The notes under the pieces are model-generated. The model did no database searches and was not told the DNA's origin. It was given only the letters and a program-made list of their open reading frames with translations. The translations under genes and the position numbers were made by a program. Of a stretch of DNA of 64,000 bases, positions 47,457-60,412 are shown one piece after another. Position 1 is the first letter of the stretch. Each line of letters begins with the position of its first letter. The stretch is taken from assembly GCA_963783375.1 (NCBI GenBank), contig CAWANH010000029.1, forward strand, positions 640,001 through 704,000. Direction: 5' to 3'. Source of the DNA: Candidatus Eiseniibacteriota bacterium (GTDB lineage: Bacteria > Eisenbacteria > RBG-16-71-46 > JABDJR01).

Positions 47457-49118
47457 CTATCCCCGCTTCTTCTTCGCCGCCTTCTTCCGCGCGCGCGGCT
47501 TCACCCCGCCGACCTTCGGCTCGGGAGCCTGGAACGCTCCCGGCAGATCCTTGGGGAGGCTCCGGAGCGAGGTTCTCGACCCCGGCGACGGACCGGTCCC
47601 CTTGGGCTTCTTCCAGTTGGTGAGGAGTTCGGCCAGGATCCGGACCCCGGCCCCGGTTCCCCCCGTCGTCATGTACGGCTTGGACGGCGGGTTCCACGCC
47701 ACCCCGGCGATGTCGATGTGAGCCCACCGGTACGCGTTGGTAAAGGCGCCGAGGAACGCGCCGGCGGTGATCGCCCCCGCTTCACGACCGGCGGTGTTCT
47801 TGATGTCGGCCACGTCGCTCTTCACCATCTCGCGGTACTCGGACCAGAGGGGGAGCGGCCAGGCGCGCTCGCCGGCGGAACTCGATGCGTCGTGCACCGC
47901 GTCGAGGAGCCACTCGTCGTTTCCCATGAGGCCCGCGGCATGGCTCCCCAGTGCGATCACGCAGGCCCCGGTCAGGGTGGCCAGGTCGACCACCGCGTCC
48001 GGCTGGTAGCGCTCGGCGTAGGCCAGGGCGTCGGCCAGGACCAGCCGCCCCTCGGCGTCGGTGTTCTTGACCTCGATGGTGACCCCGGCCAGGGAGGTCA
48101 GCACGTCCCCCGGCTTGTAGGCATCGCCGTCGGGGAGGTTGTTGGTCGAGGCCACCAGCCCCACCACCTTGAGCGGCACCCGGGTCTCGGCGGCGAAGCG
48201 CATCGCGCCGATCACCGCCGCCGCGCCGCCCATATCGAACTTCATGAGTTCCATGTCCGCGCCGGGCTTCAGGCTGATCCCGCCGGAGTCGAAGGTGATC
48301 CCCTTCCCCACCAGACAGACCGTGCCCCGGGGGCTTTTACCCTCGTATTCCATGATGATGAATTTCGGGGGCTCCTTGGCTCCGCGGGCCACCCCCATGA
48401 ACGCCCCCATCCCCATCTTTTCGCACTCAGCCCGCTCCAGCACCTTTACCTTGAAGCCGTACTTGCGGCCGAGCTGCTTGGCGGTGTCCGCCAGGTGGGT
48501 CGGGGTGCAGAAGTTGCCCGGGCCGTTGGCCAGCTCGCGGGCCTGGTTGGCCGAGCCGGCCACCGCGCTCCCGTGGGCGATTCCGGCCTGAATCGACTTG
48601 AGGCTCCCCTTCCGGCCCTCGAGAACGGTGAGCTCCTCGAGCACGAAGGGCTCGGCCCGGCCGTCGCGGAACCAGTTGTCGTAGCGGTAGGCCCCGAGCA
48701 GGAATCCCTCGGCCAGACCCCGCGCCAGCTCGCGAACCGGCCTCCCGGATCCTCCGCCGTGGACCACGGTGGCCGCCCGCTCGACTTTCAGTTTGCGAAG
48801 GACGCCGGCCAGGACGCCGCCGACCCGCCGGGCCGCCTCGGTGTCGAACGAGTCCTTGGCGCCCAACCCCAGAAGGATCACCCGCTCGGGAACGCCCTTC
48901 CCCGTCTCCTTCGGATAGAGGACCAGGACTTCCTCGAGCTTCCCCTTGAAGTCCCCGGATTCCAGCGCCCGGGTGATGACTCCGCCCGTCGCCTCGTCCA
49001 CGGCCTTGGTGGCCCCACCCGGTGTCGTCACCCCGTCGAAGAGATTGACCGCCACCGCCGGCCCCCCGACCGAGGCGATGTCCCCCTGCCTCACGCTGAG
49101 CTTCACGTCGACTTCCAT
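47457..49118 (-). CDS. pepA: Leucyl aminopeptidase (M17 family)
   Basis: VGKGITFDSGG, MKFDMGGAA, NTDAEGRL, DLATLTGA, WAHIDIAG. Confidence 0.96.
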   Translation of the reverse strand: MEVDVKLSVRQGDIASVGGPAVAVNLFDGVTTPGGATKAVDEATGGVITRALESGDFKGKLEEVLVLYPKETGKGVPERVILLGLGAKDSFDTEAARRVGGVLAGVLRKLKVERAATVVHGGGSGRPVRELARGLAEGFLLGAYRYDNWFRDGRAEPFVLEELTVLEGRKGSLKSIQAGIAHGSAVAGSANQARELANGPGNFCTPTHLADTAKQLGRKYGFKVKVLERAECEKMGMGAFMGVARGAKEPPKFIIMEYEGKSPRGTVCLVGKGITFDSGGISLKPGADMELMKFDMGGAAAVIGAMRFAAETRVPLKVVGLVASTNNLPDGDAYKPGDVLTSLAGVTIEVKNTDAEGRLVLADALAYAERYQPDAVVDLATLTGACVIALGSHAAGLMGNDEWLLDAVHDASSSAGERAWPLPLWSEYREMVKSDVADIKNTAGREAGAITAGAFLGAFTNAYRWAHIDIAGVAWNPPSKPYMTTGGTGAGVRILAELLTNWKKPKGTGPSPGSRTSLRSLPKDLPGAFQAPEPKVGGVKPRARKKAAKKKRG

Positions 49119-49127
49119 GACTCCTCC

Positions 49128-52001
49128 TTACCTCCCGCTCGCCAGGCCCCTCGCCGCGACGTGGTCGCGGGGCCGCTTGCGGTCCTTGATTCCCAGTGCG
49201 TCCCTTAGCGCCTGCCCGGTATAGGAACCGCGGCTGGCGGCAACCTCCTCCGGCGACCCGACGGCCACCACCCGTCCCCCTTCATCGCCCCCCTCGGGGC
49301 CCAGATCGATCAGATGGTCCGCGGTCTTCACCACGTCGAGATTGTGCTCGATCACCACCACGGTGTTGCCCCGGTCCACCAGCTGGTTCAGGACCGCGAG
49401 GAGTTGCTCCACGTCGTGGATGTGGAGGCCGGTGGTGGGCTCGTCAAGAATGTAGAAGGTCCGCCCGGTGGCCACCTTGGCCAGTTCCGAGGAGAGCTTC
49501 ATGCGCTGGGCCTCGCCCCCGGAGAGGGTGGTGGCGGGCTGGCCGAGATGGATGTATCCGAGCCCCACCCCCTGCAGCACGTCCAGCCGGCGGCGGATGG
49601 TGGGGATGGTGCCCAGGAACTCGAGCGCCTCGTCCACGGTCATCTCCAGCACGTCGTCGATGTTCTTCCCCTTGTAGGTCACCTCGAGGGTTTCACGGTT
49701 GTACCGGCGCCCCTGGCAGACGTCGCACTTGACGTAGACGTCGGGAAGGAAGTGCATCTCGATCTTCACCACGCCGTCCCCGGAGCAGGCCTCGCACCGC
49801 CCCCCCTTCACGTTGAAGGAGAAGCGTCCCGGCTTGTATCCCCGCACCTTGGACTCGGGAAGCTCGGAGAAGAGGCTCCGGATCTCGGTGAACACCCCGG
49901 TATAGGTGGCGGGGTTGGAGCGCGGGGTGCGCCCGATCGGGGACTGGTCGATGTTCACCACCTTGTCCAGGTGCTCCAGCCCCGCGATCCCGCGGTGTCG
50001 CCCCGGGGGATCGGCGGCGCCGTAGAAGTGCCGGGCCAGTCCCTTGTGCAGGATATCGTTCACCAGGGTGCTCTTTCCCGAGCCGCTCACCCCGGTCACG
50101 CAGGTGAACACCCCCAGGGGAAACCGCACCTCGATCTTCTTCAGGTTGTTCTCCGCGGCCTCGTGCACCACCAGCGCCTTGCCGTTCCCCTTCCTCCGCG
50201 CGGCGGGGACGGGTATGGCGTCCCGGCCCGACAGATACCGGCCGGTGAGGGACGTGGGGTGCGCCTCGATCTCGGCGGGGGGACCCGAGGCCACCACCGT
50301 GCCTCCCAGCTTCCCCGCCCCCGGCCCCAGGTCCACGATCCAGTCCGCCGAGCGCATGGTGTCGAGATCGTGCTCCACCACCAGCACCGTGTTCCCCAGG
50401 TCGCGCATGGCGGTCAGCGTCCGGAGCAGCCGCTGGTTGTCCCGGTGGTGCAGGCCGATCGAGGGTTCGTCGAGAACGTAGAGAACCCCCATGAGCCGCG
50501 ACCCCACCTGGGTGGCCAGCCGGATCCGCTGGGCCTCGCCCCCGGACAGGGTGCCCGCGGAACGGTCGAGGGTCAGGTAGTCGAGGCCCACGTCGGCCAT
50601 GAACTGGAGCCGCTGGCGGATCTCCTTCAGAACCTGGGCGCCGATGGCGCGTTCCCGCGGGGTCAGGTCGAGCGAGTCGACCCATTCCACCGCGGTCTTC
50701 ACCGAGAGCGCCGCCGTCCCGGCGATGTTCGCGCCGTGCACCTGCACGGCCAGGGACTCCGGCCGGAGACGGGTTCCGCCGCAAGCCTGGCAGGCGGTGA
50801 TCCCCATGAAGCTCTGGATGTGGTCCCGTACCTTGGCGCTGGACGAGTTCCGGTAGCGCCGCATCAGGTTGGGGATGACCCCCTCCCACTCCTTCTTGTA
50901 CTTGACCGCGAAGCGGGAGTCCTTGTAGACGACGTCCAGCTCCTTCCCCCCCGCGCCGTAGAGGATCACCTTGCGCAGGCGCGCCGGGAGCTTCTTCCAG
51001 GGGGTCTTGAGGTCGAACTTGTAGGCCTTGCCCAGGGCTTTCATCTGGGCGCCGAGCCAGGAGTTGTCCACCCGGCTTCCGTAGGGGACGATGGCCTCGG
51101 CGGCGATGGACAGGCCCGGATCGGGGACCACCCGCTCCGGGTCGATCTCCATGCGGGTACCGAGTCCGTCGCACTCCGGGCAGGCCCCGTAGGGGGAATT
51201 GAACGAGAACATGCGGGGCTCGAGGTCGGCGTAGGAGATCCCGCACACCACGCAGGTGGCGTGCTCGTTCAGGACCCGGTCCTCCTCCCCTTCCACCACC
51301 ACGGTAACCAGCCCCCCCGAGAGGCCCAGGGCGGTCTCCAGGGAGTCGGCCAGACGTTGGCGGGCGTCGGGGGCAGGCTTCAGCCGGTCCACCACGATCT
51401 CGATGGTGTGCTTGCGCTTCTTGTCCAGCTTGGGGGCCTGATCCAGCTCGCTCCAGGCCCCGTCGATCCGAACCCGGAGGAACCCTTCCCGCTTCATCTC
51501 GGCCAGTTCCGCCCGGTACTCCCCCTTTCGCCCCCGCACGATGGGAGCCAGGATCTGGGTGCGCTTCCCCTTGGCCGAGACCAGGATGAGGTCGGTCATC
51601 TCCTGCACGGTCTGCCGTGAGATGGGACGGCCGCACTTCATACAGTGCTGCTTCCCGATCCGGGCGAACAGGAGACGCAGGTAGTCGTAGATCTCGGTGG
51701 CGGTGGCCACGGTGGAGCGCGGGTTCCGGGCCGCGGTGCGCTGCTCGATGGAGATGGCCGGCGAGAGCCCGTCGATGTGGTCGACGTCGGGCTTCTCCAT
51801 CTGGCCCAGGAACTGGCGGGCGTAGGCGGAAAGGCTCTCCACGTAGCGACGCTGGCCCTCGGCATAGATCGTGTCGAAGGCCAGGCTCGATTTGCCCGAG
51901 CCGGACACGCCGGTGATCACCACCAGCCGGTCCCGGGGGATCTCCAGGCTCAGGTTCTTGAGGTTGTGCTCGCGGGCGCCGCGAACGGAGATGTTCTGCA
52001 T
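49128..52001 (-). CDS. uvrA: Excinuclease ABC subunit A
   Basis: [33 protein letters not shown], zinc fingers, two LSGGEAQR motifs; start ATG 52001. Confidence 0.98.
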   Translation of the reverse strand: MQNISVRGAREHNLKNLSLEIPRDRLVVITGVSGSGKSSLAFDTIYAEGQRRYVESLSAYARQFLGQMEKPDVDHIDGLSPAISIEQRTAARNPRSTVATATEIYDYLRLLFARIGKQHCMKCGRPISRQTVQEMTDLILVSAKGKRTQILAPIVRGRKGEYRAELAEMKREGFLRVRIDGAWSELDQAPKLDKKRKHTIEIVVDRLKPAPDARQRLADSLETALGLSGGLVTVVVEGEEDRVLNEHATCVVCGISYADLEPRMFSFNSPYGACPECDGLGTRMEIDPERVVPDPGLSIAAEAIVPYGSRVDNSWLGAQMKALGKAYKFDLKTPWKKLPARLRKVILYGAGGKELDVVYKDSRFAVKYKKEWEGVIPNLMRRYRNSSSAKVRDHIQSFMGITACQACGGTRLRPESLAVQVHGANIAGTAALSVKTAVEWVDSLDLTPRERAIGAQVLKEIRQRLQFMADVGLDYLTLDRSAGTLSGGEAQRIRLATQVGSRLMGVLYVLDEPSIGLHHRDNQRLLRTLTAMRDLGNTVLVVEHDLDTMRSADWIVDLGPGAGKLGGTVVASGPPAEIEAHPTSLTGRYLSGRDAIPVPAARRKGNGKALVVHEAAENNLKKIEVRFPLGVFTCVTGVSGSGKSTLVNDILHKGLARHFYGAADPPGRHRGIAGLEHLDKVVNIDQSPIGRTPRSNPATYTGVFTEIRSLFSELPESKVRGYKPGRFSFNVKGGRCEACSGDGVVKIEMHFLPDVYVKCDVCQGRRYNRETLEVTYKGKNIDDVLEMTVDEALEFLGTIPTIRRRLDVLQGVGLGYIHLGQPATTLSGGEAQRMKLSSELAKVATGRTFYILDEPTTGLHIHDVEQLLAVLNQLVDRGNTVVVIEHNLDVVKTADHLIDLGPEGGDEGGRVVAVGSPEEVAASRGSYTGQALRDALGIKDRKRPRDHVAARGLASGR

Positions 52002-52315
52002 GAGGACGATTCGACCATCCACTTCGAGAACCGGCGCGCTCCCCGCGGGAGCGGGGCGCCGCAACCGCGGCGAGGGGAGGCCGCGGACGCCGTGCGCCGG
52101 AAGCTCGACCCAGGGGGCGTCCAGGCCGCCCCCGCGGGGGCGTGCCGGGGGCCCGGCAAAAAAAGGAGGCGCGTGGATGGACGATTCCGTGCGCTCCGTC
52201 GGCGGCGCGGCTCGCGCCCCTAACCGGATCTCCTCCTGCCCCACGTCCCTCCCCCCGCCGCACGGACGGCTCGCCAGAGCCCCGGCGCCGTCGCGACATC
52301 TTCGGAAAGCAATAG

Positions 52316-52344
52316 AGGTTAGGGCTCCCGCGGCACCCTGTCAA
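52316..52344 (-). promoter_or_regulatory. sigma70-like promoter about 310 nt upstream of uvrA
   Basis: TTGACA-17 nt-TAACCT. Confidence 0.6.
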
Positions 52345-52440
52345 GGAAGGGGCCGATCCCGGCCCCGCCGGCGGAGCCGGACGCCCGCGGCGCGCTCCGG
52401 AGGTCCCGGACGACGCGTGGGGGAGGCTCCGGCCGACCGC

Positions 52441-53685
52441 CTACTCGTACCGGAGCGCCTCTACCGGGTCCAGACGCGCCGCCCGCACCGCGGGCCAGAT
52501 GCCGAAGAAGAGCCCCACCCCGACCGACACCGAAATGGCGGCCACGTAGGCCCAGATGGGAACGTAGGCGGGAAGCGGGGTGAGGAGGTCCACCAGCTTC
52601 CCGATCCCGAGCCCCAGGAGAATCCCGATGATCCCTCCCGCCCCGGTCAACACCGTGGCCTCGGCCAGGAACTGGTTCAGGATCTGGCGGCGGGTGGCGC
52701 CGAGGGCCTTGCGGATCCCGATCTCCCGGGTACGCTCGGTCACCGACACCAGCATGATGTTCATGACCCCGATCCCCCCCACCAGGAGGGCGACCGAGGC
52801 GATGGCCAGCACCACCACGAAAAAGGCGCCGGTGATCTGGTTGTACAGGGAGAGAAGGTTCTCCTGGGTGACCAGGGCGAAGTCGTTGGGGTCCTGGGGA
52901 CGGAGGCCGCGGGTGCGCCGGAGCGACTCGGTCACCTGCTCCAGGGCCGCCGGAACCAGCTCGGGTTGCACGGGGCGGAACGAGATCTGGAGCCGCATGC
53001 GAGGTTCCCCGAAGAACCGCTTGAGGGCGTCCTTGGGGATGATCACCTGGTTATCGAGGCTCTGGCCCACGAACTTTCCGCGGGAGGCCAGGAGCCCGGT
53101 GACCTCGAACTTCTGGTTCCCGATCTGGAGGGGCTGCCCCACCGGGTCCACCCCGCCGTAGAGCTGCTCGACCACGTCGGACCCAACCAGGGCCACGCGC
53201 GCCCCGCTCTGGATCTCGTTCTCGGTGAAGGGGCGCCCGTCGGACAGGTCCCGGGCCTGCACCATCAGGTAGTAGGAGTCGATCCCCATCACGTCGGTGA
53301 GCCGGGTGTCCGTCCCCCCGTAGCGGAGGCGCTGCCGGGTATAGTACCCCTCGGTGACCGCCAGCACCGCGGGACAGGTCTCCCGGATCCCCTCCGCGTC
53401 CTGGTGGTCGAAGTCCTTGCGTTTGCGCAGGGAGTCGGGGAGTTCCCCCACGAACACGCCGGGATCGAACCGCCTTACGCGGATGGTGTCGGAACCGAGG
53501 GCGGCGAGCTGGTTCTTCATGGAGCGGTTCAGCCCCTCCACCAGGCTCACCATCCCCACCACCGAGGTGATCCCGATAACGATCCCCAGCACGGTGAGCC
53601 CGCCCCGCATCTTGTGGGCGGTGAGGCTGGCCAGCGCCAGCTTCACGATCTCCGCTTCGCTGCCGGTGCGTTTCCAGAATTTCAT
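52441..53685 (-). CDS. MacB/FtsX-family ABC permease
   Basis: [56 protein letters not shown]. Confidence 0.93.
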   Translation of the reverse strand: MKFWKRTGSEAEIVKLALASLTAHKMRGGLTVLGIVIGITSVVGMVSLVEGLNRSMKNQLAALGSDTIRVRRFDPGVFVGELPDSLRKRKDFDHQDAEGIRETCPAVLAVTEGYYTRQRLRYGGTDTRLTDVMGIDSYYLMVQARDLSDGRPFTENEIQSGARVALVGSDVVEQLYGGVDPVGQPLQIGNQKFEVTGLLASRGKFVGQSLDNQVIIPKDALKRFFGEPRMRLQISFRPVQPELVPAALEQVTESLRRTRGLRPQDPNDFALVTQENLLSLYNQITGAFFVVVLAIASVALLVGGIGVMNIMLVSVTERTREIGIRKALGATRRQILNQFLAEATVLTGAGGIIGILLGLGIGKLVDLLTPLPAYVPIWAYVAAISVSVGVGLFFGIWPAVRAARLDPVEALRYE

Positions 53686-53694
53686 CGTCGCGTC

Positions 53695-54918
53695 CTACTC
53701 GTAACGGAGCGCGGTCACCGGGTCGAGCCGGGAGGCCCGCATGGCCGGGAAGATGCCGAAGAAGATCCCCACCGCCCCCGACACCCCGAACCCGAGCGCG
53801 GTGGCCTCGGGGGTGATGCGGGCGGGGAAACCGGTGGCCGCGGACACGATGAGGCTCAGCGTGAACCCGATGAGGATGCCCACCATCCCGCCGGTCAGGG
53901 TGACCACCATGGACTCCATGAGGAACTGGTTCAGGATGTCCCGCCGGCGCGCCCCCACCGACTTGCGCACCCCGATCTCCCGCGTCCGTTCGGTGACCGA
54001 GACCAGCATGATGTTCATGATCACGATCCCCCCCACCACCAGGGAGATGCTACCCACCCCCACCAGCACCGCGAAGATGCCGCCGGTGAGGCTCCGGTAG
54101 AGATCCATGAGGGCGTCCGAGGAGTAGACCTCGAAGTTGTCCTTGTCCTGGGGACGGAGCCCGCGCACCGAGCGCAGGATCCAGCGCACCTCGGCCTGGG
54201 CCTCCTCGGTGGGAACCCCGTTCGCGGGCTGGGCGAGGATGGTGAAGAAGCTCTTGTCCCGGAACCAGCCCATGAGCTCGGTGAGGGGGAGGGCCACGAA
54301 GTTGTCCGTGCTCTGGCCGAAGATCTTCCCCCGCTCACCGAACACTCCGATCACCTGGTAGCGGCGGCTTCCCACCCGGATGTCCTGGCCCACCGCCGCC
54401 CCGGCCGGGAAGAGTTCCCGGGCCACCTCGCTCCCCAGGATGGCCACGTTCCGCCGGGTCCGAAGATCGGTGTCGCGGAGCGCCCGTCCCTCCACCAGGG
54501 GGTAGGGATCGAAGAACGGGGAGTCGGGGGTGAGGCCGACGATGCCGATGCCGCTGAGTTTGCGGTTCCCGTGCTTCACCCGGGCGTTGGTCTGAAGAAC
54601 CGCCCCCACCGACTTCAGGGTCTCGTTCCGCTCCACCACCGCCTCGTACTGGCGCACGTCGAGGTCCGGCCGCTTCAGGCGGTTGAGGAAATCCTCCTCG
54701 TTGAAGGCCAGCCCGATCTTGTCCACCTGGAAGAGGTTGGCCCCCTGGATCAGGATCTTGTCGGAGACGTAGTGGTTCAACCCCTGGATCAGGCTCACCA
54801 GGGTGATCACGGTGATCACCCCCATGATGTGGCCGAGCAGGGTGAGAAAGGTGCGGAGCTTGTGGGACCACAAGGATCCCGCGCCCAGCTTGAGCCCTTC
54901 CCACAGGAGCCGCATCAC
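53695..54918 (-). CDS. MacB/FtsX-family ABC permease
   Basis: [53 protein letters not shown]. Confidence 0.93.
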   Translation of the reverse strand: MMRLLWEGLKLGAGSLWSHKLRTFLTLLGHIMGVITVITLVSLIQGLNHYVSDKILIQGANLFQVDKIGLAFNEEDFLNRLKRPDLDVRQYEAVVERNETLKSVGAVLQTNARVKHGNRKLSGIGIVGLTPDSPFFDPYPLVEGRALRDTDLRTRRNVAILGSEVARELFPAGAAVGQDIRVGSRRYQVIGVFGERGKIFGQSTDNFVALPLTELMGWFRDKSFFTILAQPANGVPTEEAQAEVRWILRSVRGLRPQDKDNFEVYSSDALMDLYRSLTGGIFAVLVGVGSISLVVGGIVIMNIMLVSVTERTREIGVRKSVGARRRDILNQFLMESMVVTLTGGMVGILIGFTLSLIVSAATGFPARITPEATALGFGVSGAVGIFFGIFPAMRASRLDPVTALRYE

Positions 54919-55601
54919 GAGACCCCGTCGGAGGTGTCGCTCTCGATCCGGCCGTCGCGCAGGCGGATCCGGCGCCGGGCGTGGGCGGCGATATCCTCTT
55001 CATGGGTGACCAGGATTACCGTGTTCCCCTCGGCGGAGATCCGGTCGAAAGCGATCATGATCTCGGTGGAGGTCCTCGAATCGAGGTTTCCGGTGGGTTC
55101 GTCGGCGAGGATGAGCGACGGATCGTTGACCAGGGCCCGGGCGATGGCCACCCGCTGGCGTTGCCCGCCCGAGAGCTCGTTGGGGCGGTGGTGGGCCCGG
55201 TCGGCGAGACCCACCAGGTCGAGGGCTTTCCGCACCCGTTCCTTCCGCTCGGGACCGGGGATCCCGGCGTAGATGAGGGGCAGCTCCACGTTGTGGAAGG
55301 CGTCGGAGCGGGCGAGGAGGTTGAAGGTCTGGAACACGAACCCGATCCGCCGGTTCCGGATGGCGGCCAGCTCGTCGTCGTTGAGATCGGAGACCTGCTC
55401 CCCGTCCAGGACGTAGCCGCCGCTGCTGGGGGTGTCCAGGCAGCCGAGGATGTTCATGAGGGTCGACTTGCCGCTTCCCGACGCGCCCATGACCGCCGCG
55501 TACTCGCCTTCGGCGATCCGGAGATCCACTCCGTCCAGGGCGCGCACTTCCACCTCGCCCATCTGGTAGACCTTGGTCAGATCGTCGATCTCGATCAGCA
55601 C
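54915..55601 (-). CDS. ABC ATPase of the LolD/MacB-NBD type
   Basis: GTG 55601; [44 protein letters not shown]. Confidence 0.93.
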   Translation of the reverse strand: MLIEIDDLTKVYQMGEVEVRALDGVDLRIAEGEYAAVMGASGSGKSTLMNILGCLDTPSSGGYVLDGEQVSDLNDDELAAIRNRRIGFVFQTFNLLARSDAFHNVELPLIYAGIPGPERKERVRKALDLVGLADRAHHRPNELSGGQRQRVAIARALVNDPSLILADEPTGNLDSRTSTEIMIAFDRISAEGNTVILVTHEEDIAAHARRRIRLRDGRIESDTSDGVS

Positions 55602-56899
55602 TAGTTCTTGTCTTTCCCGTCCGACCGGCTCGAAGACTCCTTGATGCGAGTGCCCTGCTTGAGGTCCCGAAGGATGGTGTAGGGCCCGCTCACCACCCGG
55701 TCCCCTTCCTTCAGGTCGCCGGTCACCTCGATGCGAACGTCGTCGGCGATGCCGGAGGTGACGGGGACGAACTCCGCCTTGTCGTCGGTGATCCGGTAGA
55801 CCCCCTCCACGATCTCCTTCTCCCACTTCTGCCGGGCCTCGGTGTCCAGGCTGTCCGAGGGCGAGACGGTCTTGCCGGCCTTGTGCCCCTCGCGCCGGGC
55901 CACCGCCTTCCGGTCCCGTTCCAGGGTGCCCCGGCTCCGGGCCACCAGGGCCTGGATGGGCACGGTGAGCACGCTGTCCCGGGTCTGGGTGGATACGTCC
56001 ACGTCGGCGGTCATGCCGGGCTTGAGCCTCGGGTCGAAGTGATCGAAACGGACCTTGACCTCGAAGTTGATCGCTTCGTCGGCGGTCCCCAGCCCGCGGC
56101 CCCGCCCCGAGCTCCCCACCGTGGCCACCGTCCCCTGGAAGGTGGTGTCGGGGATGGCGTCCACGCTGATCTTGGCTTCTTGTCCCGGTTTGACGTGAAC
56201 CACGTCGGTCTCGTCCACCTCCGCGTCCACCTCCATCCGGCTCAGGTCGGCGATGGACATCACCACCGTTCCCGGGTTGTTCATGGTCCCCACCACCACG
56301 ATTTCCCCCTCCTCGATGTTGAGGCGGGAGACGATTCCCGAAACCGGGGCGCGGTACTCGGTCTTCTCCAGGTTGTCCCGGGCGTCCTGGACCGAGGCAT
56401 TGGCCCGGCTCACGTCCTGGCGGCGGGCCTCCACGTCCGCGGTCTGAACCGCGAAGTCGGTGCGCGCCTGTTCGAGGGCCTGGGCGGAGGCCAACCCCTG
56501 CTCGGAGAGCGCCTCCTGCCGCGCCTTGTCCTTCTCTATCTTGTCCAGGCGGGCCTGGGAGAGGGCGAGGTTGGCCTTGGCGCTCCGCACCGCGGCCACC
56601 GCCTGATCCACCCGGCTCTGGTACTGGTTGTCGTCGAGCCGGAGGAGGAGATCCCCCTTGGTGACGGAATCCCCTTCGGCCACGTAGAGCTTCTCCACCC
56701 GACCCGGCACCTCGGCGCTCAGGTCCACCGAAGCCACCGCCTGGACCTTTCCGGGCGCGGTGATGCGGGAGGTGACGTCGGCGCGCTCGACCTTGGACAG
56801 CCGGGCCTTCACGGTGGGGACGTTGGACCGAGTGAGGTTGACGACGAGGATCACCCCGAGCACCACCACACCGGCACCTATCAAGATCCACTTTCTCAC
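55601..56899 (-). CDS. MacA-like periplasmic adaptor (membrane fusion protein)
   Basis: N-terminal anchor, [16 protein letters not shown], coiled coil, APVSGIV, EVDETDV, LKPGMTA. Confidence 0.92.
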   Translation of the reverse strand: MRKWILIGAGVVVLGVILVVNLTRSNVPTVKARLSKVERADVTSRITAPGKVQAVASVDLSAEVPGRVEKLYVAEGDSVTKGDLLLRLDDNQYQSRVDQAVAAVRSAKANLALSQARLDKIEKDKARQEALSEQGLASAQALEQARTDFAVQTADVEARRQDVSRANASVQDARDNLEKTEYRAPVSGIVSRLNIEEGEIVVVGTMNNPGTVVMSIADLSRMEVDAEVDETDVVHVKPGQEAKISVDAIPDTTFQGTVATVGSSGRGRGLGTADEAINFEVKVRFDHFDPRLKPGMTADVDVSTQTRDSVLTVPIQALVARSRGTLERDRKAVARREGHKAGKTVSPSDSLDTEARQKWEKEIVEGVYRITDDKAEFVPVTSGIADDVRIEVTGDLKEGDRVVSGPYTILRDLKQGTRIKESSSRSDGKDKN

Positions 56900-56922
56900 G
56901 AGTCTTTTCCCCCTCGAACCGG

Positions 56923-58422
56923 CTAGCGCGGGAGCGGCGCTCCCCGGGCCTTGTCCACCGCCGCCTCGCTGATCCTGAGCCCGGTCTGGGCGTTGACCAG
57001 GTCGTTACGAGCCCGGGTCAAGTTGACCTGGGACTCCAGCAGCTCCAGCACCGTTCCCAACCCTTGGGTGTAGCGTTCCTCGGAAAGCCGGAGATCCTCC
57101 TGCGCCGACTCCAGGCCCTGCTGGGCGGTCTCGATGGCCTGGATCGAGGCCCGGTAGTTCAGGATGGCCTCTTCCAGCTCCTGCTGGACGGCGAGTTCCG
57201 CCGCGTCCATCTGGTACTCCGCCCGCCGCTTGTTGGCGTGGGCCCGCTTGTGCTGCCCCATGTTGAGGAAGGCGTCGAGGCTGATCGAGGCCCCCACCTG
57301 GAACGACCACCCATCGCTGGCGCTCTGGGAGTTCACCGGAAAGGTGATCAGCGCCGACGTTGTGTCGCCGGGAGAGGGCGAGTTCGGAACCTGGACCTGG
57401 GTGAGCTGATCCCCGCTCGAGGCCCCGGTGTTGTTGCTGACGTTGAAGCTGGCGAAAAGGCTGGGGAGGCGCGAGGTGGCCGCGGCCTTGTACGCGTTCT
57501 GCGCGCTCCGGAGATCCTGGCGGGCCTGGAGGAGATCCGGACGTTCCATGGCCTCCCTCACCGCCTCGGAGCTGTCGATGGGGGCCGCCTGGCTGGTGAG
57601 ATCGCCCGAGACCTGAAGGTCGGTGTCGGCGGAGAATCCGAGGAGCGTGGATAGCCGTGACTCCTCGATGCTCACCTGGTTCTGCTGCTGGATCAGGGTG
57701 AGCCGGGCCTGGGAAACCTGGACCTGGGACTTCAGGACATCCACCTTGGCCACCGACCCCAACTCGAACATGCTCTGCACACGGTTCAACTCGTCCTGGG
57801 CCAGCTTCAACGCCTCCTGCTGCACGGTGAGGAGGTTCTGGGCCCGGAGCACCAGGTAGAACTGTTGGCGCACGCTGAAAGCCAGGGTCTGCCCGGCGGC
57901 ATCGACGCCGTGCCGGGCGCTCTGGACGCTGGCCTGGGCGCCGCGGTACCCGTACCAGAGGGGCAGGCTCAGGTTCTCCCGCAGGCTCAAGCCGAACCCG
58001 GTGCTGTGGGAGTCGCTGGTGAGATCCACGTCCCCACGCTTGAGCACCCGACCATCGGGATACTGGGAATTGGGCTGTAGGACCTGGATATCCAGGTCCT
58101 TGAGGGTTCGGGTGTTGTTGTTCTTGCTGTAGCTGTAGGAACCGCTGGCCGAGGGGAGCAGACCCGCCATCGCATCCAGCCGGGAACCCGCCGCGGCGCT
58201 CAGCGAGGCCTCGGCCTGGCGATACCCGAGATTCTGGGCCAGGGCGATTCGCACCGCCTCGTCCACGGTCAGGGGACCCGAAGGCGGGGGAACCGCCTCC
58301 GCGACTCCGGTCAGGACCACCGCCAGGGCTGCCGCCGTCAGGAGGGCCCGGCGGCTCTCCCGCCCGGGCGCCCTCTTCCTCCGGACGATCCGTCCGAGCA
58401 CCAACGCCATGGATCGAGTCAT
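56923..58422 (-). CDS. TolC-family outer-membrane efflux protein
   Basis: [46 protein letters not shown] (OEP repeats). Start uncertain. Confidence 0.9.
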   Translation of the reverse strand: MTRSMALVLGRIVRRKRAPGRESRRALLTAAALAVVLTGVAEAVPPPSGPLTVDEAVRIALAQNLGYRQAEASLSAAAGSRLDAMAGLLPSASGSYSYSKNNNTRTLKDLDIQVLQPNSQYPDGRVLKRGDVDLTSDSHSTGFGLSLRENLSLPLWYGYRGAQASVQSARHGVDAAGQTLAFSVRQQFYLVLRAQNLLTVQQEALKLAQDELNRVQSMFELGSVAKVDVLKSQVQVSQARLTLIQQQNQVSIEESRLSTLLGFSADTDLQVSGDLTSQAAPIDSSEAVREAMERPDLLQARQDLRSAQNAYKAAATSRLPSLFASFNVSNNTGASSGDQLTQVQVPNSPSPGDTTSALITFPVNSQSASDGWSFQVGASISLDAFLNMGQHKRAHANKRRAEYQMDAAELAVQQELEEAILNYRASIQAIETAQQGLESAQEDLRLSEERYTQGLGTVLELLESQVNLTRARNDLVNAQTGLRISEAAVDKARGAPLPR

Positions 58423-58533
58423 CAACAAAGCCTCCTCGCCACGTGGACGCACAGTCACCCCCTTGCATCCTTCCGTCCGTTCCTACGCGGACCGGGGCCT
58501 GGGGGTTGCATCGATCGTTCAACCGGGACGGGC

Positions 58534-58563
58534 ACTATGAGAACCCACCTCGGGGGGTGTCAA
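58534..58563 (-). promoter_or_regulatory. Possible sigma70-like promoter of the exporter operon
   Basis: TTGACA-18 nt-CATAGT, with an imperfect -10. Confidence 0.4.
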
Positions 58564-58747
58564 GACCGCGCGGCGGCCCGCCGCCGGTGCTTCCCGGGAT
58601 AGGAATGTCTTCGCCTCGCCCCCGGCCGGCGCGGGGGTCGAGGGGACTGGGAGGGTGATTCGGGCCAACACTATAGCGCACTCTCCCCCAGCCGTCCCAC
58701 CCAATCGGTCCTCCCGGGACATCCTCCCCTCCGGCTCCGGAAGCCAC

Positions 58748-58776
58748 AAAAAAAGGCACCCGGCCAGCCGGGTGCC
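58748..58776 (-). terminator. Rho-independent terminator after tonB
   Basis: GGCACCCGG-CTGG-CCGGGTGCC followed by T7 on the minus strand. Confidence 0.85.
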
Positions 58777-58808
58777 CCGTCGTCTCGCCGCGCCGCGGTC
58801 GACGTCGA

Positions 58809-59462
58809 TCAGGAATGGAGATGGAACTCGAAAGGAATGGCGATCCTGGCTTTCACCGGCACGTCCCGCTGCTTGGCGGGGGTGAAGAGCCAGTCCATGG
58901 CCGCTTTGCGGGCCGCCTCGGCCAGGCTCGAGATCGTGGTGGACTTGATCACCCGGGCCGCGATCACCCGACCGTTCTCGTTGATCGTGACCTCGATCAG
59001 GACCGTCCCCTCCGCTCCGGCCTGGCGGGCCATGTCGGGGTATTCGGGAGCCACGGTCTTGATCGGGGTGGGCGGAGTGTCGAAGGCGTAGAACGCTTCC
59101 CCGCCCCCGGTGTCTTCCTGCATCTCCGGCGGAGCGAACGGGTTGAAATCCGTCTCGGGAATCGTCTCCTCCATGCTCACATCCTCGGAGACCTCGAGCT
59201 CGGTGGGGAGCGCCGGCCGCTCGATCTCCTTGGGGGGAGGCGGAATCACGATCTCGTCCGGAATGTCGATCGCCTGCATCTTCTTTTCTCTCAGCTTGTA
59301 GGGCTGGATGTCGATCGGCGGCACCGAGAAGATGACGATGAGGTGGATGGCCAGAGCGATCAACAGCGCGTATTCCAGCGTGCGCAGGTACTTCGATTTG
59401 AACGCGAAGTTCGCGCTCCCCATCTGGGTGCCGCTCAGGGTATCCACGGAGGGCGTGGTCAT
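58809..59462 (-). CDS. tonB: Energy transducer TonB
   Basis: TM segment with ALAIHL, PPPP linker, [16 protein letters not shown]...WLFTPAKQ C-terminal domain. Confidence 0.9.
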   Translation of the reverse strand: MTTPSVDTLSGTQMGSANFAFKSKYLRTLEYALLIALAIHLIVIFSVPPIDIQPYKLREKKMQAIDIPDEIVIPPPPKEIERPALPTELEVSEDVSMEETIPETDFNPFAPPEMQEDTGGGEAFYAFDTPPTPIKTVAPEYPDMARQAGAEGTVLIEVTINENGRVIAARVIKSTTISSLAEAARKAAMDWLFTPAKQRDVPVKARIAIPFEFHLHS

Positions 59463-59872
59463 TGTTTCTTCTCCCGGTCCGTGGTGAAGGAGGCGTTCAG
59501 GGCCTGGGCTTCCTTCATCATCTCGATCACCTCCGAGGCGATCTCCCAGGGAACCGCCTTGTCGATGTTCAGACCCACGATGAGCGCGGGGTTCTCGGCC
59601 AGCTTGGCCCGAAGCATGGGCACGATGTCCACCAGGGTGATGATGTTGTCGTCGATGGTCATTTCGCGCGCGTTCATCACCCAGATGTGGGCGACCTTGT
59701 TCCGAGGCACCCGCTGGCCGGCCTCCGCCCGGGGCAGGGTCACCGGCAGGCCCTCCTCCATCTTGAAGATGGTGGTGGCCATGAAGAAGATCAGGAGCAG
59801 GAAAGCGATGTCGGCCATGGACGAGGTCGGGATCTGGGCCGGCACGCCGATGGTTCGATGGATCTTGGCCAC
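59459..59872 (-). CDS. exbD: ExbD/TolR family protein
   Basis: [18 protein letters not shown] (essential Asp), VTLPRA. Confidence 0.9.
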   Translation of the reverse strand: MAKIHRTIGVPAQIPTSSMADIAFLLLIFFMATTIFKMEEGLPVTLPRAEAGQRVPRNKVAHIWVMNAREMTIDDNIITLVDIVPMLRAKLAENPALIVGLNIDKAVPWEIASEVIEMMKEAQALNASFTTDREKKQ

Positions 59873-59873
59873 G

Positions 59874-60284
59874 CTACTGCCCCTTCGTCTTCAGCGAGAT
59901 ACGACTGGCCCCGGCCAGCTTCAACTCGTCCAGGATGTCCACCATGGCGTTGTACGGCGCGCCCCGGTCCGGCTCCACCGACACCACCAGCTTCTCGTTG
60001 GCCGCCTCCCGCTCCTTGACCAGATCCTTGATCTGGTGAAGGGGGGTGGCCTGATCGTCCACGAAGAAGATCTTCCCGGTGGGATCGGTGCTGATGATCA
60101 TCACGTTCTTGCGGTTGATCTGGGTATTCTGGACGCCGCCCTTGGCGGGCAGGATCAACGACAGCCCGAACTCCTCGGCCACGGTGGTGGTGGCGATGAA
60201 GAAGATCAACAGCAGGAAGGCGACGTCCGCCAACGAGGAGTCCGGGATCTTGTCCTCGGGGCGGATTCTGTGGATTTTGGCCAT
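59874..60284 (-). CDS. exbD: ExbD/TolR family protein
   Basis: [18 protein letters not shown]...[14 protein letters not shown]. Confidence 0.9.
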   Translation of the reverse strand: MAKIHRIRPEDKIPDSSLADVAFLLLIFFIATTTVAEEFGLSLILPAKGGVQNTQINRKNVMIISTDPTGKIFFVDDQATPLHQIKDLVKEREAANEKLVVSVEPDRGAPYNAMVDILDELKLAGASRISLKTKGQ

Positions 60285-60412
60285 GTGTGTGCTCCTAAAG
60301 CCCGGGCGATCCTGACGCTCGCGCGCCCCGGGATGCCCCTGCGCTCCGAAAGCCCTGGATCAAAGCCTTGGTTCGCTCGACCTGGCGACGCGATCCGTTC
60401 GGTGAGAGCGGA

